A DNA stretch of 64,000 nt from Chrysomallon squamiferum. Lineage: Eukaryota; Animalia; Mollusca. Location: contig CM022676.1 of assembly GCA_012295275.1 (NCBI GenBank), positions 18,352,001-18,416,000 of the forward strand, in the 5' to 3' direction. Positions within the stretch are counted from its first letter, which is position 1, and the number at the start of each line of letters is the position of its first letter. The translations under genes were made by a program, and so were the position numbers. The notes below the pieces were generated by a model. It made no database searches and was not told the origin of the DNA. It saw only the letters and a program-made list of their open reading frames with translations. Shown here piece by piece: positions 1-13,000 of the stretch.

Positions 1-147
1 ACTGTAACATTACACACAGACAACATCTCCGACATTACATGCTTCTAATTCATTAGAATATACAACAGCTAAATTAATATATAGATATGTATTTATGTAT
101 GTATGTATGTATGTATGTATGTATGTGAATATATGTATATATATATA

Positions 148-362
148 CAGGGTGGCCCCAAAGTAGGTTTACAGTTATTAAACTACTGTTTATATGCTTG
201 AAGTTACTTGCTTAAGTACAATTAACATAAAATACAATGTTGAAGGAGGACATTTTGAGCACCTGAGAGATTAAACAGTTTCTGTTTAATGCTTGAAACA
301 TGCTTGTATTTTAAAATAAATTGCCTATGTAATAACTGTAAACCAACTTTTGGGCCACCCTG
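148..362. mobile_element. Tc1/mariner-type MITE (~215 bp)
   Basis: Terminal inverted repeats CAGGGTGGCCCCAAAGTAGGTTTACAGTTATTA / TAATAACTGTAAACCAACTTTTGGGCCACCCTG (~33 bp, near perfect), TA on both flanks, no coding capacity. Confidence 0.85.
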
Positions 363-471
363 TATTTATATATATCTGTTATAAGCAACATTCATAATTT
401 TACAATATATTTCAATCAACATATTTTTTTTAAAATAAAAAACAGTGGTACTGGGCATTTGTCCATGTTTC

Positions 472-476
<5 letters not shown>

Positions 477-548
<72 letters not shown>
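477..548. repeat. (GA)n microsatellite
   Basis: Pure GA dinucleotide run. Confidence 0.95.
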
Positions 549-550
<2 letters not shown>

Positions 551-893
551 TACAGAGATATAATACATACACATATAAAACTCATAAGAAAATAAGTGAA
601 AATGTCTAGGTTATGACATCACTGGACATTAAACAGGTTATATTAGTTGTGCAGTGTGTTCTGAATATCGCACACCCTCACAAGACAAACCAGAAAAGCT
701 TGTTTTAACACACAAACCTCCCAGTAATGTGATCCACATAATAAATATTTCTTCTCAACTTTTGTTTTTGTTCTCTTTATTCATTTACAGTTTTTATTAT
801 TATCTTTGTTGTGCTCTTCTGTTCTTGCTGTTTGTTTTCAGAGGTGGAGGATGCTGTTGTTTAGCTCTTTTAAAGTTTTTTTTTTTATCAACT

Positions 894-926
<33 letters not shown>

Positions 927-1639
927 GAGTTGTTGTAGATATTTTTTTTACAGTATTTAAAACATTGGACTATCTGATTTTACAATGATTTTTTCTAGGG
1001 ATACTGTTATTGTGTATAATATAGACAAACATTAATAATATGATACTAAACTTAAACTACTCCAAAAAGTAGTGTTCAAAAAAAAAAAAAAAAAAATAAA
1101 AAAAAAAAAATGTTTATATGTATCATTCATTTCTGTGAACACGACCAGACATACTGTTAATCCAAACATGCATGCATACTCACACACACATATAGAAAAA
1201 TAAATTTAGAAAATATTAAGAAAATGGGATTAAACACTTTTTTTCACATTTGACCTTTTGTTAATCAGCAAATATAAAAAAGGTATCAGCAATCAAAATA
1301 ATAAACTATAACCAACTTCGTCAGTATACTTTATGGCTAAAACCAAATTTTTTGTATTTTTTTGGAGTCTATGACTTATCCATCGCAGTAAATTCAGTTC
1401 TGACAGAATCTCTGATTTACTGTATGTATAAAGACTTCACTGGCAATCACCAAGTGTTATCTACATCTACCTTAATTATTTGAAATGCTTGGAATAAGAT
1501 GTTTGTCCCTTCATAATTTCTGTTATATTAACATATTAACTGCTACTATAAATAATAATTCCTAACTTGTACTAGTATTTTGGATTATTATTAGTAATTT
1601 ATATTTCAATTAGTATTTTCTGATATTTCATAAGCAGCA

Positions 1640-1975
1640 GCAGCAGTATTTTGTAAGCAGTGATATCAGCATTATATAAGCAGTGATATCAGTATTTTGT
1701 AAGCAGTGATATCGGTATTTTGTAAGCAGTGATATCGGTATTTTGTAAGCAGTGATATCAGTATTTTGTAAGCAGTGATATCGGTATTTTGTAAGCAGTG
1801 ATATCAGTATTTTGTAACTGATATATCAGCATTTTGTAAGCAGTGATATCACTATTTTGTAATCTGCGATATCAGCATTATGTAACTGCAGTATCTGTAT
1901 TTTGTAACCTGTTCTATCAGTAAGCCTATTTTGTAAACTGTGGTATCTGCATTTTGTATGCTGTGATATCAGCAT
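1640..1975. repeat. 23-bp minisatellite (GTATTTTGTAAGCAGTGATATCA)n
   Basis: Over ten tandem copies, degenerating toward the 3' end; lies in the intron of the claudin-like gene. Confidence 0.9.
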
Positions 1976-2178
1976 GTTTGATTTATAGCATAAGAAACAA
2001 TAACCTGTAATAAATATAACGTTTTAATTATCAGTTTATTGCCCATTTCCTTAGTCTGACCAGTTAATCCCTTCATAATCAGAGTTCAGACGTGATTTCT
2101 ATTAATAACAGTCACGAATAATAATAATAATAATAATAATAAAGACGAAGAATGAGAAATAGAAGAAAACAAACTAAC

Positions 2179-2437
2179 CTGGTAAAGTCCGTTCGATCAT
2201 GAAATCGTTAGTAAAAAACCATTCACAGTTGTCAAGGTTACTGATGGATGTCAAACTGTCTGTCAAGGAACATCTTAGCCACAAGCCACAGTTACTTTTG
2301 CTGTCACCACTGCCACACAAATTGCCATCGTTCAATCCGCGAAAAGTCAACCAATTTGGGGTAGCGAACGCTACAATTGTAGCCACGGTTGTTAGAAGAA
2401 CGCAGATAATTGCAATAATTACAACACAAGAAGCCAT
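2179..2437 (-). CDS. Claudin/PMP22/EMP superfamily membrane protein, first coding exon (gene continues beyond window start)
   Basis: ATG at 2437; N-terminal TM helix followed by ATPNW...GLWLRC...C, the W-GLW-C-C first extracellular loop signature; exon ends at CCAG|GTTAGT (phase 1). Confidence 0.8.
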
Positions 2438-3093
2438 TTTTGTTGTTGTTGTTGTTTTTTACTGTGTTAGAAAATATGCTGTCGTTACTGAAATATCAAA
2501 TTTTATTTTAAAATTATTTATTTTCCTTTTCAAAGTTATGCTACGTTTTCAGAAACAAACTATAATATCATGTAAACACGGTAAAGATGAAACAGACTAT
2601 TTTTTACAAAGCGAGTTTGACACAAATTATTTACTGATAAAATTCAAAATATTTTGTATTATTCTCGTTAACTATGTCGAAGTATTGTGTTAGCACTTCT
2701 CACGTTTCCTCCTGAAGTAATCAACATACAAATTTTCACTCGAAATCCCCGTGAAACTCTTTTTTCCAGTCGAAAATCCAACGCCAACTATGAAATGAAT
2801 GAGGCCAAATGACGATTTCCCGCAACAAGTCAAAATATTTCTCCTAATACTTCCGCTTTGCCAGCGACTTATCAAGAAACTTGACAACGACAACTGCTGT
2901 TAAATCGTGAAATAAATGAAATGTAGAAATGTTTTTCACGAATGTGTTAAAAAAAAACTTCGTCCTCCGCCCTGGCTGCGTCACTAAAACTGAAACAATC
3001 ACTCCCTTACTCAGAAAGCACCAGCTACACTTACACGCTAAAAATACACATTTGTATTTATTCAGTTTCCGCGACTGATAACCGTGCGCAGTC

Positions 3094-3095
<2 letters not shown>

Positions 3096-3146
<51 letters not shown>

Positions 3147-3520
3147 TTGTTTTATTTTGTTTTTATTTATTTATTTATTAATATTATTATTATTGTTATT
3201 GTTATTGTTGTAGTTTTGTTTTTATTTATTTTGTATTATTATTATTATTATTGTTTTTTTTTTATTTATTTATTTTGTATTATTATTATTATTATTATCT
3301 AAAACACTATGATTACTCTTTCTCTGTCTCTCAACTGCCCAAGAATATAAATATTATGTTTTGATTTCTTAATTCCTTAATTCTGTTTGTTTATTTATTT
3401 ACTTTTTATTTTTTTTTATTTTATTTTATTTTATTTTATTTTATTTATTTATTTTTATTTTTATTTTTATTTTTATTTTTATTTTTATTTTTATTTTTTT
3501 TTTTTTTTTATTTATTTTTT
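3096..3520. repeat. (ATT)n / (TTTTA)n low-complexity tract
   Basis: Direct inspection. Confidence 0.85.
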
Positions 3521-3663
3521 TTTTTTCCATTTCCCCCCCAAAAAAAGGAAATTTTGGGGAATAAACAAGAGTCTTACAGATAAAACAGACATTTAAAAGA
3601 TATTGACCATTTAATTATTTGATCATTTTTGATTTATTACAAAAACACAAACATGAAAGCTAT

Positions 3664-3712
<49 letters not shown>

Positions 3713-4212
3713 GCTTACATGAGTACACATGGTTATATTAAGTATTTAAGAGTTACATAGAGTATACAGGGGTTACATGTAGAAAACAGGAGTTACTTCA
3801 ATATACACAGTTACTTGTTGGGTACACAGGTTACTTACCACATCACGAGTACTTGTGGTATACATGATTTATTACTCAGCATACATGAGATATGTGTAGT
3901 ATTGCATGGGTTAGATTACTTGCATTAAAACAGATGATTGTGGTTTTATTAAAACTTTGATCTGATCAGCAATAATTGACCTGTGTTCACCTGAAAATTT
4001 GCTGAGAAGAGGATGTACACCACCAGATGAGTGACTGTTATCTTGTTCAACTGCATACATAAATAAATAAATAAAAAACAACAACAACAACAACAGTAAA
4101 TAATAATAATCATAATAATAATCATAATAATAATCATAATAATAATCATATTAAAAATAATATAAATAAATCAATAATCTAATTTTAATGCATATATTGA
4201 ATACTTTTACTT

Positions 4213-4254
<42 letters not shown>

Positions 4255-5348
4255 AAAAAATGAATGTATCACCACATATATATGTATGTGTATATGTATA
4301 TGTATAATATGTATATGTATATGTACACACTGAATTGTAGTTACGATTAAAGTACAGACAGCATGTGGGCCAGATTGGATTAACAATTAACATAAATAAT
4401 ACCACATTTGGAATATCAAGAGAAGGGACCCACTTTCAAAATAAATATTCATGAACACAGAATATTTTTTTATGAATTACATCAACATAAATTAGCTTAT
4501 ATTAAACGTTAAGTTACAAACATTAAGGCCATTTGAGTCGTCTTTATTCTTATTGGTTAACTAAAAGTACATGTTTAACAGATGACAGCACCAGTAATGG
4601 CAGTGGGTTTAGGATCTACGGATGCATTAAAACTCAGGCTGAAAGAAGAGGAGTAGAAGTTATAGCATGCATGTTTCCACTATCATTTATTTCTTCATCC
4701 ATCTAAAGACACTGTCTTTTAAAACTTCCCAGTAGGCTCAGACTCACAGGGACAAACCAGTGTGAAGTTCACCCATGATGCATTGTTACATGAATTTCTC
4801 TGACTCCATCTGATGCACTAAGAATGTAAAATGAGTAGGGAAACACAATCCCCATCTCATCTCCATCACCTATCATCTCATCTTCCAAAATGTAACAAAA
4901 CTTATCAGAATACTGTGTCATCGTCTTCTGATTGTTTTAATTAGGTTAACGAGTTTTATGTGCTGTGTGTGGTTAACAATAAGAAGAATGAACAGCAATA
5001 CGAATGTTAAGATAGGTAATTCTATCCATGTTCTGTCTTCTTGATCTTAAAGAATTACCTCCCTTTCAGAAACTCTTAAAATCATTTTATGTTGTAAAGG
5101 GTTCATTAATGTGTATTTTATTAATTATTTAATATTACATATTTTTATTGACATTATTATTTTTCTGTCTTTATTTTGGTTTTAAAATTTGTTTATTGCT
5201 TTATGGAAGCATTTGAAATTAACTGAATGTTGTTTTCTAATAAATGGGTCAGATTATGTTTAAAAAGTTCTACAAAACTATGTTTTATTATTGCTATATC
5301 ATAGACAGGTAAAACATCCATTTACATATAGAACAAACATTTAAAAAA

Positions 5349-5415
<67 letters not shown>

Positions 5416-6059
5416 CCATTAACAGACTCAGGCTGTAACTAGTCTATAAAATATCTTCTTCCCTTTTTTTGTTTATCTGATTTTCCCCACTAAATCAAAA
5501 CTGACCAGCTGTTTTCGCATCATATACAGTCTTCTGTGAACAAATTTTCATTGTATATCTTAAACCTGGCTGGATTTCAAATATTTGAATACATGATGTT
5601 TTACAAGGTATGTCTCATGTTTAGCTTGATGAACACGTGTTCACTGGAAATGTCATTTGACAGACATTCACTCACTGGAAGTGAATTATGAAGACCTGCA
5701 ATGAAAGATGCACTACAGTTTGTCTCTAATATCACAAGCCAGAAATAAACATTTAACTTAAAATCATCAGCAGACTGTGTGGTATGTGACTAGGAGCTGA
5801 ACAGACAGACAGAAGCCAGTCAAGGTTCATCAACTGGAATCATTCTCCAGTATGAGCAGTGTCCTCGGTTGACATGAAAATGAACGTTCCAGCACATCCT
5901 GTAAACAAAGCTGATTAGTGACATTACTAAAAATGGCTGACACTTTCTCTTCTTATCAGGATCAAATGAACATTCTGTAATAAAAGTGGTTCGACAACCT
6001 AAGTCTGCATTATACCTTGCAGCTTTGCAGACAGACTGAGACCTACCACAGGCTTTTAA

Positions 6060-6280
6060 ATCTACTGAGATGAAGATCCTGGATCTTTATCTTGAGTCAC
6101 TCCTGTATCTTCATCTTGAGTTGTTCCTGGATCTTCATCTTGAGTTGTTCCTGGATCTTCATCTCAGTAGATCAACTCAAGATGAAGATCCTGGAACAAC
6201 TCAAGATGAAGATCCAGGAACAACTCAAGATGAAGATACAGGAACAACTCAAGATGAAGATACAGGAGTGACTCAGGATC
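6060..6280. repeat. 24-bp tandem array with an internal inversion (fold-back)
   Basis: Unit CAACTCAAGATGAAGATCCAGGAA is forward at 6172-6280 and reverse-complemented at ~6090-6165; 6060-6080 is also inverted against ~6152-6171. Confidence 0.85.
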
Positions 6281-7404
6281 ACTCTGGACTTAGCCAAGGT
6301 GCAGAGTGAACTTGCTGTGATGCGTGTAGCTGAGAGAGTTTGCCAGTGTGGAGATCAGATGTTGCTACTTCCATGTCTGTCAGGCTTTGAGGAGGAAGAA
6401 GGATCCAGGCATGAGCTGGTCCATTATTCAGGTTTGGGTGAAGTCCATGAACTCAACTCTTTTGTGCATGGAAGTGTGACTTTGAGGGCCTCCACAACTG
6501 TCTCAACAGATGCATGACGCATTTCCATCCAACCAGTGTGTTAAAACTTAAAAACTGATAGTGTGTTTGAAAACTGTTAATTAATGTTGACAAAATATAT
6601 ATAAATGATTTTTGAAACTGTAAATGTATACAACAAATCATCATCTTCTTTTAAATATTACACAGAAACAGTGTGATGAGTGTGTGCATCCAAGAAAATT
6701 TGAAAATTAATAAATTAATGACAAATGAAAATAATACAATTAAAGAGAACACAAACTCTGAAAATTTTTAATAAATTACATTTAAACTGTACAATTTTTG
6801 TTTATTACATTTAAACTGTAGATTTTGACACAAAAATAAAATACATTTAAACATGGATAAAAATGAAAACATTAATACCTTAAAATACATTACTACATCT
6901 AATTACGATAATCTATAGGTGTTACAAATTTAACTGTAAATACCTCCAAGTAAACACCTATAGTGCATCTGTTTGTAATTGTATTTACAACATAATTGTA
7001 CCTGAAAATACTTCAGTTGATAAATATATATTTCACTTAATCAATATTAGCTCCATAAACACCTTTACAGGTAACTAATTAACCTCACTTACTTGTAATT
7101 AACAACATATCTAAACTAATTTTAACTGTAACTTTGCCTGTAAATAATATGCCTTTTATAACTAACATCACCAGTCTAATTAATTTTAACCCTTAAATCT
7201 TTACCTGTAAATAACAGTACCTCTATAATTAACCTCACCAGTAATTTATTTTACCTCTAATTTCAGTTCTAATCAGTTTACCTCAAAATAATATTACCTT
7301 TACAACGATCTATTCCTATATTTAACATTATCTCTGTAACAGTGTTTATGTATATTTACATAAATATTTACATTGACATAAATTTCACTATGTACAGGAA
7401 ATAA

Positions 7405-7470
7405 AACAGCTTTCATCAACTGCTTCCAGGAGCTGCTGCTCTTTTCAGAATCAGTGTCATTTGTCATGGC
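7405..7470 (-). promoter_or_regulatory. SECIS element (type II) in SELENOS 3' UTR
   Basis: Minus strand reads ATGAC-ACTGATTCTG-AAAA-GAGC(AGCA)GCTC-C-TGGAAGCAGT-TGAT: AUGA/GA core (7460-7457, 7418-7415), ~10-bp helix II, unpaired A run, apical mini-stem; ~1.2 kb downstream of the in-frame UGA. Confidence 0.88.
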
Positions 7471-7653
7471 AACCAGTATGTGATGTCATAACTGACCTCC
7501 GACACCAGCAAAACATTATGTCTTCTAAACAACTTTTATCAAATTTGAATCCACAAAATACTACTACTACTACTACTAATAATAATAATAAAAACACGAC
7601 TACCATTTTTATTTATATTTCTCTTATCATCATCATCATCATCATCATCATCA

Positions 7654-7687
<34 letters not shown>

Positions 7688-8571
7688 TAAAAAAAGTTGT
7701 GTAACATAACATTTTGCTGGTGAATGACTTGTTACCAATGACAGCTGTTTTAAACAAAATTTGTGGTGCAGAGAAAATAAAACAGATAAGAAACAACATT
7801 ATGAAATCATAAAAAAAACACTCTTGTAATTCAACAGTATATACATATACATATCCTTATACCACAGCACACATCTTGAACACAACATACCTAGCACAAT
7901 AATATTGGTCCTTTGATAAAAAATTTTTTTAAAAAATTAAAAAATTAAAAAGAATATTAATAAGAAAGTACAAAATTGCTTTTGCTTTTATTATTAGGTT
8001 TACCATTATAACAGACAGAAATATATTTGAACATTTTAACAAGAACACAGGCATATTTTCATTTGTCTTGCATAGAAATCGTAAGTTTTACAACTTAATT
8101 AATTTTAGAACATTGCAGATAGTAGAATAACTACTGTGAAATAAATAAAATATTTCATAAACAGATATGTGATATATTTATATTCATACCTGTACATGTA
8201 CATATTCACACAGATACATATATATATATATACAAACATATATACATACTTGTATATAAACATACATTCACACACAGCAGTATTTTTTTCAGTATTTTTC
8301 ACTTTAAATAATCACCCAAGGTTAAACAAATAGCAATCTAAAGACTAAGTCAGTTAATTGATTAATTGATAATGAACATTGCCTGCAGTGTAACATAATC
8401 AGTACATCCAGTTTGTGTGGTAAAAAAATAAAAATATGCACAGCATAAAAAACAGACAACAGAGTGACCAATGAACAAAACATACAAAATACTATTATTA
8501 TTATTGTTTTTTAAATATTTTTTTTAAAAATATGTTCAAACTGTGTTTTTTACTTTCTCTGCACCAGACAA

Positions 8572-8645
8572 ATGTGTGCACTGTTTGAAAGCCTGGTCAT
8601 GTGACTGGTCACGTGATCTGAAGCACATCAAACGGTCGCACACAT
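8572..8645 (-). promoter_or_regulatory. Stop-proximal RNA stem-loop in SELENOS 3' UTR
   Basis: Starts at the third base after TAA: ATGTGTGC pairs with GCACACAT, AC with GT, GTTTGA with TCAAAC. Confidence 0.65.
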
Positions 8646-8647
8646 GC

Positions 8648-9886
8648 TTAACCTCATCCGCCTCCTAATCCAGATCGTCTTGGTGGGCGGTACCTCGAAG
8701 AATCACCCATCAGTGGGTTGTAGTCTGAAAACAGAGCAAACACTCGTAACTCACAGCAAACACATGTAACTCAGAGCAAACACTCGTAACTCAGAGCAAA
8801 CTCTCGTAACTCAGAGCAAACACTCGTAACTCAGAGCAAACACTCATAACACATCTCACTTCATCCTAGCAACACATTTCACTTCATCCTAGCAACATCA
8901 GATCACTTTCAATTTTAGTGAAAGACAGTATCTTACATTTTATCAGCATTTGTTAAAAGTTTTGTCACATGGCTTGAGTTTATTTTCTGTGTCACTTTGC
9001 ACCTGTTTGTGTGTGTAATGCATGCATTTTGCATGTTTGGTGTTACATTTCAGTGTTCATTTTGTTGATATTGTATATTTTAGTGTTCATTTGTTGATAT
9101 TGTGTATTTTAGTGACATTAACTGACATTATATATATTAATGACATTTGTTGATATTGTATATTTGAATGATATTTGTTGATATTATATATTACTGACAT
9201 TTGATGACAATATATATTTGAATATTTGTTGATATTATATATTAGTGACATTTGGTTATATTTATATTCTAACGATATTTGTTGATGTTATATATATTAG
9301 TGACATTTGATGACATTATGTATTTTATCAACATTAGAAACATTATATATTTAGTGGCATTTCAAAGACATTTCATAAACATTTTTTTTTTTCCTCCAGA
9401 TATAATTCAGTAGTGAAAATTTTAAACTATCAAGGCTTGAGAAAAACAAATTTACTCTGGGACATAGTCTGAGCTGTTATCCGCACACTTGGGCAGAATG
9501 TTTATAAACTTACCTGTCTCTTTTAATGCTGTTTTTGGTTTTGGTTTCGGTTTGAGTGGAGGGGTTTCATTAGAATCTTCCTTCTGCGAAAAAAAAAAAA
9601 AAAAAAAAAAAACATTAACCAATAAATTGCTGGAGAAATGTATTAATTAGAGGTAAAGTTAATTATAGAAGTAATACTGATCTCTGACACACACACACAC
9701 ACACACATACTCTAGTATATATTGTTTGCATGTGAGTGTGTGTTTATGCAGGTGTGTGTGTGTGTGTGTGTTTTGATAAATAAACAATATTATTACAATA
9801 TGTACATACATCTCTGTATTTAAATCTGCAACTTTCTAAGTGTCTGTGTGTGTGTGAATACATTTGTGTGATTATAAAAGAACACA

Positions 9887-9935
<49 letters not shown>

Positions 9936-10043
9936 TATATGCCAGTATATATAAACAAACATAAGAAGTATTTTCACAGACTATCCCATATTTAATCAGT
10001 TTCAAAATATATATAAATATCTATTTGTTTTAATGGGGAGACA

Positions 10044-10080
<37 letters not shown>

Positions 10081-13000
10081 ACAGGTACTCAAAACTAGTA
10101 TCTAAGTGTTTTTTCTGAAGTGTGTATTTATGTATACTGTGTGGAATTACAGACATTGTGGTGAAAGATGGTTTCTTTAAGAAACCAGACAAACTGTCTT
10201 TCATCTCTAACTCTTTTTCATAATGGTATTTCCTGAACAAATATCTGATGACTTTTAATGTTTGTTAATTGTCATATATCTGTTAGAAGTGATATTTATA
10301 AATACATGAATTAATAACTAGGTTAGTTAAAGTGTTTTTTAGTGCTATTTGGGGTTTTGGGTGTTTTTTTTAAAATTATTTATCTTTTTTGTAGAATATT
10401 TCTAATATAAAATAGTTTTGAGAATTTAAATATTTGTACAATGCATCTAGTGCTGTTAAAACTTCAGTACAGATTTATTACATCACCAGCAAGCTTAGAA
10501 AACAAAAAATACAAAAACGTAATATTTATTTCTGGTTATACATTTCAATTAAATTTCAGTAATGTATGTACACATATATACTGTCTGTTTTTACTGTTTT
10601 CCCTACCAATAAATCTATTTGCGTGTATGTGTGCGAGTGTGCATGGGCATGTATTTGTGTTGTGTTTTTTATTGACTTTGTTATTTACTGAGTTTACCAA
10701 ACACACAAGAGTGTGTTTCTTGCAGTGTACAATACACATTACTCGTCCATCGGAACTGAAGTAAAAATTAGAAATTCAAATACTCAAACATCCTGAAACT
10801 CAAGCTATTTTCCTGACCCCTTCTGTCTGTCTGTCTGTCTGTCTGCCTGCCTGTCTGTCTGTCTGTCTGTCTATCTACAAGTATACATAGAGTGCTTCCC
10901 CTATGCAGGAATAGGAGGGTGATCTGCCCTGCCCCTTTCTGTGTTTGCCCATGTGTCCAAAATTCAGAAAATGCCTGTCCTCATTTGTCTAAATTCTCAG
11001 TCCAGGGTTTGTACACCTTGGGCTGTCAAAATTTCCATAACTTTCCACAGCCCACACATCCAAATTTCCAAAACCATTTCCAAGCAAACTCAATCACAAC
11101 AAAGTGATTTTTGCAGGTTTTAGACATTTTAAATTGTTCAGAGTTAAAACGTTTGCCTTTAGTAAGCTGTGTGGTATATATGTAGGATTATAAGTAATAA
11201 AAAAATTTAATGTAATTTTTTTGTTTTTTTTCAAAATGCAGTTTGATTCTTGGAGTGGACATGACTATGGTATGTATACAGGCAGACTGCCAGAAACATG
11301 AATACAGAAGTATTGATTTATAAAAAGTTGTGTTCCTTTCTTCTTATTCAATTAATAACCCATAGCTTTAAAATGCCCCAAGTCCTACACTCTATGAATT
11401 TGTGGTTTGAATTATCAGTTAGACTTCTCTCTCAGTTTTATTAGTTCACAGTGTACAACCTCAGTTTCAGTGGGTATTTTTACTGTATAAACAGTCTTCC
11501 TGAACTATTAGATTTTAGTCAAACCATTTTTGTTGGCTAGATTACATCAGTACCTGACAACAGCCTGAGTTAATCTTTCAGGATCAGGCTAAAACAGAAA
11601 AAAAAACAGAAAAAAAAACACTAACATTCCTGCAGTTTTCAGCTGATTTGATTAAAACGTTTAGGTTCAGGTAAATTTTCTCACTTTTGGCCTTAAATAC
11701 AACGTAGGCGTAGTGTACATGTTCACATGCCGTTGTTCCAGTTGTCCAGGCAGCATGACTGGATGCAGACTTGTCACACGCTTGTTGCTGTGCTGACCAT
11801 CAACCTGAGGTATTTTTATCCCAGTAACATCAAAGCACTGAGTACAGTGAGATGTTTCCCTCTCTATTCATCGCTCTAAACACTAACCCTAAACTGAAAA
11901 ATACAACTAACCCTAAACTGAAAAATACAACTAACCCTAAACTGAAAAATACAACTAACTCTAAACTGAAAAATACAACTAACTCTAAACTGAAAAATAT
12001 AACTAACCCTAAACTGAAAAATATAACTAACCCTAAACTGAAAAATACAACTAACCCTAAACTGAAAAATACAACTAACTCTAAACTGAAAAATACAACT
12101 AACCCTAAACTGAAAAATACAACTAACCCTAAACTGAAAAATACAACTAACTCTAAACTGAAAAATACAACTAACCCTAAACTGAAAAATACAACTAAGG
12201 AACCATTTTAATATTACGCAATGCTATTTTTGTCACAATTAAACACCCACCCACCCCTTTGTAACACTAGACTGTACAAAATATAAGGTAACACTCGTAG
12301 ATTCCCCCCCCCCCTGCAACACACAGAGTAATGTGGCAATGCTTATTCATACAGACGAAATGTTGTAATGACGTCATTAATGTGACATCATTTTAACTGA
12401 TCACCATACAAATACGATGTTCAAAATTAAAATGTCTGGTGAATTAAAGCATTTAAGCTGTATTTATAATTGTGTTGGGTTGAAATTTACCTGTAAAAAC
12501 CTACATTAAAGTATTTTTCAGAGTATAACCCACAGCTTTTTTTTTTCATATTGGTGGGGATGGTTTATATAACAGTGTTTTTATACATGATTTTCAGTTT
12601 CTAATAATGTATAAGCTGCTTCTCTGAGTCAGATGTTTTAGAACCCTGAACTGGCTGGAACTGCTGATTAAATCATTAATTATGTGGCTTTTCACCATTT
12701 GCATGACGATACCAAATGACAATGCAATGATATATCACTGTTGTAATCAGTTACATTGACCACTTAGTGCTATGACAACAAGTCCACTCTGCCAGTTTGA
12801 TTGAAGTTTGCAACAACTATCACCTACTGTTGATGATTAAAACAGATTTTATTTGGAATATAGGAAACGAAATACAGTTTTGTTTATTTTTAGCAATTCA
12901 CGTTTCCCACGCAAGTGAAAGCACAGATAGTCTACAGTTAATCTTTTGGTATCAAACTAATTTCTTAGTATATTTACTGCATGAACAGAACCGCTACCAA

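Noticed and set aside
2199-2693. 164-aa plus-strand ORF
   Set aside because: Antisense to the claudin-like exon; no recognisable motifs.
6070-6517. ORFs with TQDEDPGT repeats as a real gene
   Set aside because: Short, built on the inverted array, no consistent exon chain or recognisable domain.
11852-12211. 119-aa ORF of NPKLKNTT repeats
   Set aside because: Translation of a 24-bp intronic minisatellite; no splice or homology support.
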